Below the pieces are notes generated by a model. That model did not search any database, was not told where the DNA came from, and saw only the letters and a list, made by a program, of their open reading frames with translations. A DNA stretch of 62,797 nt, filler included, from Octopus bimaculoides (taxonomy: Eukaryota): assembly GCF_001194135.2 (NCBI RefSeq). It is 4 parts of 4 records of this genome, joined end to end, with 100 filler letters (N's around TTAATTAATTAA, not from the genome) between each part and the next. Parts side by side here need not be neighbours in the genome. Positions count along the whole stretch, not along the records: positions 24,552 to 52,072 come from NC_068986.1; 3 more parts are not named here. The stretch is one strand, 5' to 3'. Shown in pieces: positions 25,039 through 38,179 of the stretch (position 1 is the first letter of the stretch; every line of letters starts with the position of its first letter). The position numbers and the translations under genes are program-made.

Positions 25039-26228
25039 CTACATAAGCTTACCTACACACATACATATACTATTATAGATTACATATTATATTCCCTCAA
25101 TGCTTACATGGTAACGAATGGTGAAATGCTAAGGTTAAAAGACCACATTTGCATTTACCATTCATACGTAGTCTGTCAGGTTTACTATTCTGCACATTGT
25201 TAAAAGTTTAGTTATCTTTTCAATAATATCTTCTCTTTTCTTTCGACCAACGATGACATTTGCAGTCTATAGTGTAAATAATCAATAACATACATAGAAT
25301 GTAGTGAAGAGATATCACAAGCAGAACTTAAATGGCTGTGTGAGTGCAAAAGGAACAAGAAAAAAAATATTAAAGAACTCTATAGAGACCAATACATGAA
25401 AATCACTGGGGGGCAAAGACGCAAAGGAGTAATATGAAGTGGGACAACAACAACAACAAAAATGGTAAAAAAGGATAACAAAAAAAAAGGATAAATAATA
25501 AGAAATAGCGAACATATTCAAAATTCAAGATAACATAATGATAGGGGCGAAGTTGATAATAGGAAAAGACAAGAATCACATATAGAAAGAGAGGAAAGCT
25601 TGCAAGAATAAAAGTCCATAAAGATATGTGTAGTTTATGTGAACTTGTAAATATTGTTAACAAGTTAGATTGATTTCCGTTTCTGTATGTCTATAGGAGT
25701 GCATTTTTCTGTATAGGGGCATATTTTATTTATTGTTATTATCATTGTAAAAATTTCTGATTTAGTTAACAATTGTTATAACAACAATTAGAGTGGGAAG
25801 AGGAAAAGTATGAAGGGGAAAAGTAAAAGGAATTGGAATAAAAGTGGGAATTGAAATCTGGTTAGTTTTTGTTTTTTTCTAACTTTGCCGGAAACTCAAC
25901 TTATTTATTTGCCTCTGTCACATCTAAAGTGTTTAATGGAATTACACACTTACATACAAGCACACACACATCTGTGGGTGTATGTGTGTATGTGTGTGTT
26001 TTAGGAAGTTAAAAGTTACAGCTAGTCATAGAGTGACCATTGATTTCACCCCTATAAAGTGCTAAACAGTATAAACGACTTGTCAGACTCAAATAGCTGA
26101 AGTCTACACTACCAAGCAAGCACTGGTCATTCTATGAATGGACATAACATTTAACTTCCTCAAAAAATATGTTACTGCTCTCATGCTTTAGATTTATGAG
26201 CTATTGACAATACATTCATATATACATA

Positions 26229-26264
<36 letters not shown>

Positions 26265-26425
26265 TGGTATCGTATAAGTGTGGGTATGCACATACGAGCA
26301 TCTGTACATGTATAATGTATGTGAGTGCACGTACATATCTATATATGTGAGAGTGTGTGTATATATGTATATGTGAGTATGTGTGTATATACGTATGTAT
26401 GTATGTATATATGTATGTGTATGAG

Positions 26426-26477
<52 letters not shown>

Positions 26478-26887
26478 NNNNNNNNNNNNNNNNNNNNNNN
26501 NNNNNNNNNNNNNNNNNNNNNNNNNNNNNNNNNNNNNNNNNNNNNNNNNNNNNNNNNNNNNNNNNNNNNNNNNNNNNNNNNNNNNNNNNNNNNNNNNNNN
26601 NNNNNNNNNNNNNNNNNNNNNNNNNNNNNNNNNNNNNNNNNNNNNNNNNNNNNNNNNNNNNNNNNNNNNNNNNNNNNNNNNNNNNNNNNNNNNNNNNNNN
26701 NNNNNNNNNNNNNNNNNNNNNNNNNNNNNNNNNNNNNNNNNNNNNNNNNNNNNNNNNNNNNNNNNNNNNNNNNNNNNNNNNNNNNNNNNNNNNNNNNNNN
26801 NNNNNNNNNNNNNNNNNNNNNNNNNNNNNNNNNNNNNNNNNNNNNNNNNNNNNNNNNNNNNNNNNNNNNNNATATATATATATATAA

Positions 26888-26938
<51 letters not shown>

Positions 26939-28184
26939 TGCATATGTGTGTGCGTGTGCATGTGTAACCAGCCATGAAGAACAAATCAGCAGTACAAAGA
27001 AATAAAATTCCAATCCCTTTAAAATGGCAACCACTTTAACAGCACCAGAATCACCATCCCACTACATCTACTCATTCAAAGCAGTTTGCTAATGGCCGGG
27101 AATCAGATGCATAATCAAGTACCTGCACACCTGGAGAACTACATTGATGGAAACAATTGTAATGATTAAAAGATAAATGTTCAACCATACTCCTTCCTGT
27201 TAACTCCAAGTTTTTCAAGTATCTCTTCACACACGATAGATACCCAAATGCCAGCCTGGAAGTACAGATAATACTATTACCAGATAGAACAGGGTAAATC
27301 TGAAAGTGAACAAGCTTTATACTGTACTCAATAACGTTCTTAACAGAATATACCATAACAATATATATATATTATAAGAAAATGGAGGGGAATATGTGGT
27401 ACAATATCATACAGCTATTTCAGTCTAGAGGTGACATGCCTCATTCTATCTATATAACACCTGTAGGCTGAAGTAATTGATAGATGAAACGAATGAAATA
27501 GAGGTATATGTATGATTCTCTAGGCCTCTTCAGAGATATTATAAAGTTCATTAAGTTAATTTACAATATCCAAATATAAACATATAAAAAATCATGAAAA
27601 CTCGCATATATCTGCATACTTTAACATACATAGATATACATAAATAAACATAAATACATGAATACATATATGTACATTTAAATGTACATACATAAATGTC
27701 TATACATGCACACCAATGAGTCAATTATTAATGTTATTATACATGAGGAGGACACATGTATATACCCACCCACACATACATTCATACATATACATGTATG
27801 TATGTNNNNNNNNNNTGAGGAGGACACATGTATATACCCACCCACACATACATTCATACATATACATGTATGTATGTATTTGTGTACCATTTCTCCATTT
27901 TTTTCTGTCCTTGTTTTTGTATACATTTGCTGCTTTCTTCCAAGGAATCTAGTGCTCTTAGCTTAGTTTTTCCCTGGGGCTGGCCAGATTGTAGTAATCT
28001 CGAGTATAATCAGCCAAAATTGCAAAGATAATCTGGAACTCGACTGATGAAAGAAAACTCCGAATGACCCATCCGTGTTTTTTGGGGTTTTTTGTATTAC
28101 ATCTCTGGATGTTTTGTTGTCCCTTTTTTGTACCATGTCTGGATGTTTTGCGTTTTTGTTCCATTGTTGATATTCCTTTATATT

Positions 28185-28230
<46 letters not shown>

Positions 28231-28481
28231 CACTAACATATACATATATATCTACATACACACATACATATATATGTATATGTGTATTTAAATGTATACA
28301 TATACACACATATATATATATATATAAATATACATGTATACATACATGCATATTTGTGCATATATACATGCTTAGTGTCAGTGAGTTTGACTACAGCAGT
28401 ACATCAGTCAGTCAGTATATGTATGGATAGATAGATAGCTGTATGTATGTATCCACATATGTTATGCATGTATATTTGTAT

Positions 28482-28618
28482 GTTAGGAAGGGCATCCAGC
28501 TGTAGAAACTCTGCCAAATTAGATTGGAGCCTGGTGTAGCCATCCAGTTGCACCAGTCCTCAGTCAAATTGTCCAACCCATGCTAGCGTGGAAAGTGGAC
28601 GTTTAACGATGATGATGA
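28482..28618 (+). mobile_element. 3' end of retroposon family E with (GAT)n tail
   Basis: GTTAGGAAGGGCATCCAGCTGTAGAAACTCTGCC...CCATGCTAGC...GATGATGAT. It recurs at 30390-30610 (+), 29786-30110 (-), 34760-35090 (-) and 35260-35670 (-). Confidence 0.85.
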
Positions 28619-29368
28619 TGATGATGACGATATGTATGTATATATGTATGTATGTACGTATTTATGTGTATGTATGTATGTATGTATGTATGTATGTATG
28701 AATGAATGAATGTATGTATGTATGTAATGCAGTGAATAAAGTAGCCAACGTTTTGAGCAGTGTCCATCTTTGGAATTTACTTGATAGTGGGGAGAACAAA
28801 ATATTTTACATCCTTGATGCCTGAGTGACAGGCTGCAACTGATGGGGAATGCAAAAAACATGAGAGGATGTCCAGATTTGAATGAACATTTTTTTTTCCT
28901 TCTACATCTCCATCCCTTCCCAATACAATAATCCAAGCTTTATCCTTCAACTCTCCTCTCACTTAGAGTTTCCCCTCTACTTCTTCCTCACCAGCTTCTC
29001 TTTTGGTCTTTATGTCTCTTTCTTTTAACCTCTATCTCGCATGTAGTTTAACACATCTACTGCTTCCTTTCTAGTTATGTGTTCTCATGCTGTTTTACAT
29101 CCTCTATCAGTTGCTACTGGCTGCTCAAACATAAAGGATTCGAAATTTGCCTGGCTTTCTTTTTCCCCTGCTGTCCAAACCCTAAAGAAGGATACTCTGA
29201 ATCATTAGAAACTCCTCTTACCTACTGCAATATTACTTTACTATTTTTATCGTGTGCATGCATGCGTGTGTGTGTGTGTGTGCACATGTACGTATGTATG
29301 TATGTATGTATGTATGTATGTATGTATGTATGCATGCATATATGTATGTGTGCATGTATGTATGCATG

Positions 29369-29409
<41 letters not shown>

Positions 29410-29425
29410 GTCTATCTATCTATCA

Positions 29426-29495
<70 letters not shown>

Positions 29496-29785
29496 NNNNN
29501 NNNNNNNNNNNNNNNNNNNNNNNNNNNNNNNNNNNNNNNNNNNNNNNNNNNNNNNNNNNNNNNNNNNNNNNNNNNNNNNNNNNNNNNNNNNNNNNNNNNN
29601 NNNNNNNNNNNNNNNNNNNNNNNNNNNNNNNNNNNNNNNNNNNNNNNNNNNNNNNNNNNNNNNNNNNNNNNNNNNNNNNNNNNNNNNNNNNNNNNNNNNN
29701 NNNNNNNNNNNNNNNNNNNNNNNNNNNNNNNNNNNNNNNNNNNNNNNNNNNNNNNNNNNNNNNNNNNNNNNNNNNNNNNNNNNNN

Positions 29786-30110
29786 TACAGCTGGATACCC
29801 TTCCTAACGCCAACCACTCAGAGAGTGTAGTGGGTGCTTTTACGTGTCACCCGCACGAAAACGGCCACGCTCGAAATGGTGTCTTTTATGTGCCACCCGC
29901 ACAAGCCAGTCCAGGGGCACTGGCAACGATCTCGCTCGAAAATCCTACGGGAGCCAGTCAGGCGGTACTGGCAACGGCCAAAATATTTTCGTCGCTTTGA
30001 GACCGCGACCTGTTCACTGACAAAATTCTGTGCTGCATCACGCTGCAATTGTTTTCGTTCCAGCACACGATCTCAGATCAGGTCACTTGCTATGCAAGTG
30101 CATCTCCCTA
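29786..30110 (-). mobile_element. Young family E copy with one internal ~115-bp repeat unit
   Basis: Near-identical to 35385-35670 and retains its CpGs. Confidence 0.8.
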
Positions 30111-30389
30111 TATATATATAGATATATAGATATAGATATATGTATGTATATGTATAGATCAAAACAGTTTGATTCAAACGCCTTGGTACTCTGAGTTTCA
30201 AGCGTATTGCTAGTCTTTGGCTGTTGAAAAGGTTGCATGACGCAACAAAAATTTTGGTAAAAAATAGCCATGTATCTCCTCCACAGTAAGACAACTGTTT
30301 CTGTCCCTCTATCATAGCTTAACCTCTCATCACCTGGCACAAAGCCATCACCTCAATACTACAATCCTTCTCAGCTGAGGGGTCTTTGC

Positions 30390-30610
30390 CTTGCAAGTGA
30401 CTTGGTGACCTTGCCAAGGCTAGCTTCATGCATAAAGCACCCCAATACACTCTGTAAAGTGGTTGGTATTAGAAAGAGAATCCAGCCATAGAAACCTTGC
30501 CAAAGCAGACATTAGAGAGCTTAGTGCAGTCTTCTAGTTAACCAGCTTCTGTCAAACTGTCCAACCCATGGCAGCATGGAAAACAGAAAACTTTAAATGA
30601 TGATGATGAT
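30390..30610 (+). mobile_element. Family E retroposon 3' part, CpG-decayed
   Basis: Matches 28482-28618 and ends in (GAT)n. Confidence 0.75.
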
Positions 30611-30617
30611 TATAATG

Positions 30618-30693
<76 letters not shown>

Positions 30694-31994
30694 GCACGCA
30701 CAAACATATACACATATGAATATAGACAGGCAGACAGACAGATAATTTTTTTTTTTTTGTGAAGCCCCATTATTTTAACACATAACCACTTAAGCTGAGT
30801 TGTAACACAACTTATACAGACAGATATTTTGATACATTTCAGACATGGAAGCTTAGAAAATGGGCAGGGAAAAAATTCTGTCATGTGATAGACAAGAGAG
30901 TTGAAGAAAATGACATCAATTTTTACATTTGTTACAGACATCCAAGTTCCATACATCTCCTTGTAATGCTGTGTTTTACTCCCTGTATTTAGTATTTATT
31001 AAAGTTATGCCTGATATTTATAACACTTTTTGGTTTGTTTATGTATTTCTTTGAAGTTATATTGCTATCCGTCTTCTTGAACATATTCTACTTATTCTAA
31101 AGTGCTCAACGGATCTATAAGTATTGGAGATTTTGTTAATGCATCATAAAAATCTGCATGGGATATCCAATCAATAAACTGAAATGCATCTGATGAAATG
31201 CTGAAAGAATCTTGATTTATTGAATACAATCACAGGTTATGCATTTATAATAATGCTGAAGTAGACTGGTCTGCTATACAGAACATTAACAGCAATTGTG
31301 AGAAATTCACAGACATTTAACTATAATGTGTCAAATCTCACTGTATTTTCCTATGTGAAGACTTGAGAAAATTGTTCTCTGGACATTCTTAACTGAATAA
31401 TATTTTAACCATCTCTTTCCCAGAAATAATTCTCACTAGTGATTTTAATCTTTCTTTTATTTATGTGTTTTAGACTATCTTTTAGTATATCTCTTGACTG
31501 ACTATGAATCCCACCATACATTTTGAAAAGAAACTGTATCAGTTTCTTTCATTCTTTTCCTTTGGATAGTTCTCATATTTTATAATTCCATAACTCTTTA
31601 ACTAGTTTCAGCTCGAAAGCTGTGATCATGCTGGGGCACATCAATTGATTTCATCACTATACTGATGATAGAATGATGAGCCTATTTCCATGAATGTTTG
31701 ACAATCAAAATAGGTTGTCAGTTAATCTTAATTAACACATAATCAATGTTTCAGTATTATGCACAATTAGTTCATATTTTCTCTATAAAACATTAAGGAT
31801 GTTGATAGTTCATTAATTCACATAAAATCTTTCACCTTTCATCCCTCCAAGACAGATAAAATAAAGTACTAGAGCTTATGGTATCATCTAACCTTTCCCC
31901 TCAAAACTGTTAGCCTTGTGTCTAAATTAGAAACTGTTATTATTATTGTTGCTGTTCTTCTTATTATTAGTAACTATTATTATTACTATTAATA

Positions 31995-32212
31995 AGGCAG
32001 CTAGCTGATAGAAATGTTAGCATGCCAGGTAAAATGCTTACCGGTATTTCACCTATCTCTATGTTCAGAGTTCAAATTCTGCCGAGTTCAACTTTGCCTT
32101 TCATACTTTTGGCGTCAATAAATTAAGTACAGTCAAATACTGGGGTCACTGCAATCGACTTATACCCTCCCCACAAATTTTAGGCCTCGTGCTTATAGTG
32201 GAAAGGATTGTT
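31995..32212 (+). mobile_element. SINE family A flanked by (TTA)n-rich sequence
   Basis: Similar to the other family A copies. Confidence 0.85.
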
Positions 32213-32245
32213 GTTATTATTTATATTATTATTATTATTGTTTTA

Positions 32246-32900
32246 CTTCTGAGAACATTCAGTCTTGTTTGTTCTGGTAGGTTTTCTGAGAGCGGACAGC
32301 AGCTTACCATCGGAGGTCTCACAGGATCTCTGCCTGCACATTATAAGCTTTGATACTTGGTTGTTATTTATCATGGGATACATTCAACATCCAAATACCA
32401 ATCTCAAAATCCTAGCTGTCCCCAGCAGAGCAGTTTTGGGGGCTTGCTCAGTTCTCATGTCAATTTCAATTGCTTTGCCATATTTCTCGAACTTGATTGT
32501 TAGTGTTTCAAGTGCCCCTACAACTACTGGAATGACAGACACTTTCCTCATAGTCCACATTCTTGTAATTTCGTCTTTTAGTAGTCTGTACTTTGCAATC
32601 TTTTCTAGTTCTCAAGGTATTGCAATATCTATGATCTTGGTTTCCATTTCTTCTTTATCTACCACAACAATATCTGGTCTCCAAGCCTCGTTTAGGGAGT
32701 CACATTGGATTGTAAAATCCCACAGTATCTTATGTTCCTTGTTCTTGGTGACTCCTGGTTCATGTTCATACTATTTCCACGATCTGTTCAGGCCGTACTT
32801 TTCACATAGCCTCCAGTGGATGAAACTTAGCCATATCATTGTGCTTCCTTTTGTAGTGCTTTTGGGCCAGCTTGCTATACTTACTCACAATATGTGAGTA
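32246..32900 (-). mobile_element. R4/Dong-clade non-LTR retrotransposon 3' fragment (zinc-knuckle region plus restriction-like endonuclease)
   Basis: SHIVS...KLAQKHYKRKHNDMAK, IHWRLCEKYGL, ILWDFTIQCD, RPDIVVVDK...IIDIAIP...KIAKYRLLKDEI...WTMRKVSVIPVVVGAL, KTALLGTARILR. The 3' end runs into (AAT)n. Confidence 0.9.
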
Positions 32901-33014
32901 AGAATTTCTACCTAAGATAGAAGCAATTTTTATCATCGTTTTAACACCCTGATCCTATTCTAATATTTATCTCAAGAAAGCACAACATAACAAATGACTT
33001 CTTTTTATTTAAAG

Positions 33015-33883
33015 AACTCTCCTCAGAATTCACATTATTCTTAAAAGAGCTGTATGTATCTTAATTCCATATTGTGCAATCTATGTTTTTATTTTAGCTG
33101 TTATTGTTCCCAAGGTGTACATGCTACCATTGGTAATACTTCAACTTGTTTCATGTTCCATATTTTGGAAATTTCTCTCTTCAATTTTTTTTATATTCTC
33201 CTAATCTTTTTCTTTTCCCATGTTTTCTCCTGGCAATGCTGGATCAATTATCCAACAAAGTCTTCTGTTTTCCTTTTTTAACAACAACCATTATCAGGTC
33301 TCCTCTCATTTATCTCATATTCACAATGGATATTGAAGACCCAAAATGGTTTCACTTCATCTGAATCAGGCTAGTGCATATACCACTTTTCCATTCTATT
33401 CAGCTTATTTTTCACATATGACATCCATAGTACAATCTTAGCAATGCTATTATGCTTCTTTTTCTAATCCATTTATGCCAGTGTATTCTAGTACACTCCA
33501 CTCACAATATGCTGGTTGTTTCTCCTTTCATTCTTTAGAATTTACATAATGGTGACTACAGTTTTGTCAATGTTATATTTCACATTATTACTTTTTAGGG
33601 ATTGCTCCCGTGCTGTACCTATAAGGGAATCTGTCATGACCTTACAGTTTGATCTTCACATCCATTCCAATAACAAATGCTTATCTACTCAACTTTCCTT
33701 GTCTCTTATAAATTGGCCATGCATCAGTTTATCCTTTCACATTTTCTGTCTCTCTCTTGTTTTCTTTTCTTATAATCAATGCAACTTTCAATCTGTAAAA
33801 TGCCACATTGATTTACTTCCAACAGTCACTGTTCAACATTATTCTCTTTATGTATTGAACAATATTGCTTTCCACATTTTATA

Positions 33884-33938
<55 letters not shown>

Positions 33939-34300
33939 NNNNNNNNNNNNNNNNNNNNNNNNNNNNNNNNNNNNNNNNNNNNNNNNNNNNNNNNNNNNNN
34001 NNNNNNNNNNNNNNNNNNNNNNNNNNNNNNNNNNNNNNNNNNNNNNNNNNNNNNNNNNNNNNNNNNNNNNNNNNNNNNNNNNNNNNNNNNNNNNNNNNNN
34101 NNNNNNNNNNNNNNNNNNNNNNNNNNNNNNNNNNNNNNNNNNNNNNNNNNNNNNNNNNNNNNNNNNNNNNNNNNNNNNNNNNNNNNNNNNNNNNNGATCT
34201 AGGAAGATAAATTCTATTAACATCACTTTTTGGATTCAGTGTACCATTCAAGGTCACTGACTTTCATGTTTTAGCATCAAACCACCTAATCTCTGTTTTG
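33015..34300 (-). mobile_element. Second, older R4/Dong-clade fragment (RT C-terminus to RLE), interrupted by (TA)n and a gap
   Basis: TLNPKSDVNRIYLPR at 34196-34257, KDKLMHGQFIRD, SLIGTAREQSLKSNNVKYNIDK, ERRPD, LKREISKIWNMKQVEVLP, ILRRVL. Confidence 0.85.
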
Positions 34301-34520
34301 TATTGTATAATACCCCCACCCCCAGCTCCATTCCTCATCCTTGTAAAAGCCTTGTACCTAAACTAGAAACGATTTCTCATTTTCTCCTCCTCCTCCTCCT
34401 CCTCCTCCTCCTCCTCCTAATCATCATCATCATCATCACTATCATCATCACCATCATCATCACTATCATCATCACCATCAACATCATCATCATTCTTACC
34501 ATTGCTGTTGTTGTTATTGT

Positions 34521-34745
34521 TAGGGCAGCGAGTTGACAGAATTGTTACTGTGTTGAACAAAATACTTAGTGGTATCTTCCAGCTCTTTACATTGAGTTCA
34601 AATTCCACCAGGGTCAACCTTGCCTTTCATCCTTTTGGGGGTCGTTAAAATAAAAATAAGAACCAATCAAGCAATGGGGCAAAGTGATTGACAAGCACTC
34701 TCTCCCAAAGTTTCAGGCCTTGTGCCTATAATAGAAACAAGTGTT
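34521..34745 (+). mobile_element. SINE family A
   Basis: GGCAGCGAGTTGACAGAATTG...GAGTTCAAATTCC... Confidence 0.85.
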
Positions 34746-34759
34746 ATTATATTCGTCAT

Positions 34760-35090
34760 CATCATCATTTAGCATCCATTTTTCCATGCTGGCATGGGTG
34801 AGACAGTTTGGGACTGGTATACCAGAGAGCTATAACAAGCTTCGGTTTGATTTGGATTGGTTTCTATGGTTGGATGCCCTTCCTAATGCCAACCATTTTA
34901 AGAATGTAGTGGGTGCATTTTACATACTACTGGCACTGGCTACGACTATGATTTCACTTGGCTTAACATGTCTTCTGAGGCACAGCAAATTGCCAAAGGT
35001 CTCAATCCCTTGTCATCTTCTCTGTGAGACTCAGCATCTGAAGATAATGCTCGACCACCTTGTCCCATGTTTTCCTGGGTCAACCTTTTC
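34760..35090 (-). mobile_element. Family E retroposon, CpG-decayed
   Basis: Begins at a (CAT)n tail; GGATGCCCTTCCTAATGCCAACCA matches family E. Confidence 0.75.
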
Positions 35091-35259
35091 CACAGGTTCT
35101 TTCCACAGTTAGAGATCGTCAGAAATGTGTTACGCTATTACATGATTGGTTGAAGGGAAAAGTGAAGAGCAAGAGAGAAAGGGGGAGAGAGGAAGAGTGC
35201 TAGATGGAAAAAGAATAAGAGGGAGAGAGAAGAGGTAGAGGGAATGTAATACTTATTCA

Positions 35260-35670
35260 TCATCATCATCATTGTTTAATGTCCGCTTTCCATGCTAGCA
35301 TGGGTTAGACGATTTGACTGAGGACTGGTGAAACCAGATGGCTACACCAGGCTCCAATCTGATCTGGCAGAGTTTCTACAGCTGGGCGCCCTTCCTAATG
35401 CCAACCACTCTGAGAGTGAAGTGGGTGCTTTTACGTGTCACCCGCACAAAGGTCAGTCAGGCAGTACTGGCAACGGCCATGCTCAAAATGGTGTATTTTA
35501 TGTGCTACCCACACAAGAGCCAGTCCAGGTGCACTGGCAACGATCTTGCTCGAAAATCCTACGAAGGCCAGTCAGGCGTTACTGGCAACGGCCACACTCA
35601 AAATGGTGTATTTTATGTGCCACCCGCACAAGAGCCAGTCCAGGGGCACTGGCAACGATCTCGCTCAAAA
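35260..35670 (-). mobile_element. Family E copy carrying two ~115-bp internal tandem units
   Basis: Units start at 35451 and 35566. Confidence 0.85.
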
Positions 35671-36805
35671 ATCTTTACACATGTCATGGGCACAAGTGCC
35701 AGAAAGGCGATGCTGGGCACTTATTATGTGATTAAAAAGTTAGTTGAAGGGAGTGACTGAGAGGAAGAGAGTTAGAAATACAATGTTTAGCAGGGGGTGA
35801 TGTTCTGGTGGTGGGGCAACAAGAGAAGGAGAGAGGGAGAGGAGAAAGAGAGAGAGAGAGAGTAGTGATATTATTGCCAGCCAATGCATTAAGCTATCTT
35901 GTGGTTAGTGGAGGTGAGAGATGAAGTGAAAGAGAAATGATAACGACATGAAGAGGGGAATGACATGGTTAAAAAAATTAGTTGAAGTCAGAGGTAGAGA
36001 AAATAAGAGAGAGAAAGAAAGATAAAGTGTGTAGCAGAGGGAAATTTTAAACATCATACATAATTGTAACTGACAAGAAAATAACATTTTAATATTCAAT
36101 TTTTTTTTTTATATCTTCTGTCTGGCGATCTATTCATCTGTCTAACCACATTGACAAATACATCGATGGGTGGATGGAAGAAGGAATAATAATAATAATA
36201 AACTTATTGATTAAAAGATAGATTTTGCAATGGAAGTGAAATAACTTTGCAAAATAACTGTGAATTTTATGATTTTTTTTTTTTAAATTTGTTATTTGAA
36301 CTTTGTATTGACAGCAAAAAAAAAAGTAGATGTAAATAAACAAACAACTGAACTGAAATGAAATAATCTTGGTTGGCAAACAACCTAGATTGAGCTTTGT
36401 TACTGAAAACTATGATAATGATGGTGGTGGTGGAGATGGTTATGGTGGTGATGATGATGGTGATTGGATAGTAAAAACTGTAGTCTTTTTTTTTAATTGA
36501 ACCAAATTTTTTATATTGCTTATCACTTAACACATGCGCATAAGTGCAATTATTTATCATCTGCTCAGTTGAAAATTGATATTTGTTCATAAAATATGGA
36601 TGACAGATGATGTAAGCTAACAAGAGAAAGAATGAGGTGGTATAGGCAATGACATAAAGAGAAGCAGAGGATCAAATCACTAGAGCAAGCTTGGGAGCAA
36701 CAGTATATAGAAGCGAATATATGAATCAAAGAGTATAGAGTATTTACAACAGGTAAAAGAAAGTGTTCAAGATAGAATATCAAAAAAATCAAATGCGCCC
36801 TTTTA

Positions 36806-37040
36806 AAGCCTAGCCAGGCTCATGGGCCCGGTTTCCTGGTTTCTATGGCATATATGTTCCCCAGCTGGACGGGATGCCAGTCCATCGCAGCTTTACTCAT
36901 TTTTGCCAACTGAGTGGACTGGAGCAACGTGAAATGAAGTGTTTTGCTCAAGAACACAACGCGTCACCTGGTCCAGGAATCGAAACCGCAATCTTACAAT
37001 CATGATGCTAACACCCTAATCACTAAGCCACGTGCCTCCA
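36806..37040 (-). mobile_element. tRNA-derived SINE related to the family B head
   Basis: The reverse complement begins GTGGAGGCACGTGGCTTAGTGATTAGGGTG...GGTTTCGATTCCTGG, an A-box/B-box-like head. Confidence 0.85.
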
Positions 37041-37366
37041 CACGATAGAATATAAGATGAAAATAAGATAGAATGTCAAAAAAGCTGTAAACATATGGTT
37101 GAAAGTTGCAACATTGGTGATATAAATATTCTCTGTAATCATTTAAGAGCTCTTAAATTTATAAATGAATCTCTGAAGTGCTGAGAGAATGGGAAAGTCA
37201 TGCTCCCTCAATTACAGCCTCATCCAGGTGAACTGAAAGGTGTTTTTAAATGAAAATAATGCAGAATATACAATTTATAAAGGAACACTAATTTTTATGG
37301 CTCTCTATAAACTTACAATCATCTAAAAGTTTTGTATTCACCATGGAGTTTCCATGGGTGCTGCTA

Positions 37367-37416
<50 letters not shown>

Positions 37417-37630
37417 GGTGGCGAGCTGACAGGATCATTAGCATGCCGGGCGAAATGCTTAGCGGTATTTTGTCTGCTGCTACATACTGAGTTCAAAATC
37501 TGACAGGGTCGACTTTGCCTTTCATCCTTTTTGGGTTGATAAATTAAGTACCAGTGAAACACTGGGGTCGATACAATTGACTTATCCCCTCCCCTAAAAT
37601 TTCTAAGCCTTGTGCCTTTAGAAGAAAGGA
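37417..37630 (+). mobile_element. SINE family A embedded in (TTA)n on both sides
   Basis: (TAT)n at 37369-37415 upstream and (TTA)n/(TAG)n downstream. Confidence 0.9.
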
Positions 37631-37649
37631 TTATTATTATTATTATTAT

Positions 37650-37708
<59 letters not shown>

Positions 37709-37716
37709 TTATTATT

Positions 37717-38145
37717 CAGTAGTTTTATTTTTATAGCGTGCTTTCACTTCACTACCGAGCGTAACTCTGTGTGCCTTGGGTATGTGCTGTGGTTTGCTGT
37801 GATGCTCTTATGGTTACTGTATTGAAAGTGCTTTGTGTATGATGTGTGCAGTGCTCAGTGGTGCAATTTTCTGTATGTAATATATATTTGTAAGTCCTGG
37901 TGTTTTTGTTATGTATTTGTCTGAATATTTTTTTATGATAGGAATTGTTTCTGCTTTTAGATTCCACATTCTAGTTACCTCTATTTCCAGGTCTTTGTAT
38001 TTTGAAAGTTTCTCCATTTCTTTTAGGGAAACGTTGTTATCTGCTGGTATTGATACATCAATTAGAAAGCATTTTTTTCCTTCATGATCTTTGACAACTA
38101 TATCTGGTCTATTGGCCTTAATTTCTCTATCTGTGTATTGGCATA

Positions 38146-38146
<1 letters not shown>
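37717..38146 (-). mobile_element. 5'-truncated R4/Dong-clade copy with (TAA)n at both ends
   Basis: DREIKANRPDIVVKD...CFLIDVSIPADNNVSLKEMEKLSKYKDLEIEVTRMWNLK...AHIIHKALS, followed by a 3' UTR running into AATAATAAT. Confidence 0.9.

Positions 38147-38179
<33 letters not shown>

Noticed and set aside
27724-27880. Exact ~62-bp duplication TGAGGAGGACAC...
   Set aside because: It flanks a 10-N gap and is most likely an assembly overlap artefact.
35451-35670. CRISPR-like repeat-spacer array
   Set aside because: The units are whole tandem copies with no unique spacers, inside a eukaryotic retroposon.
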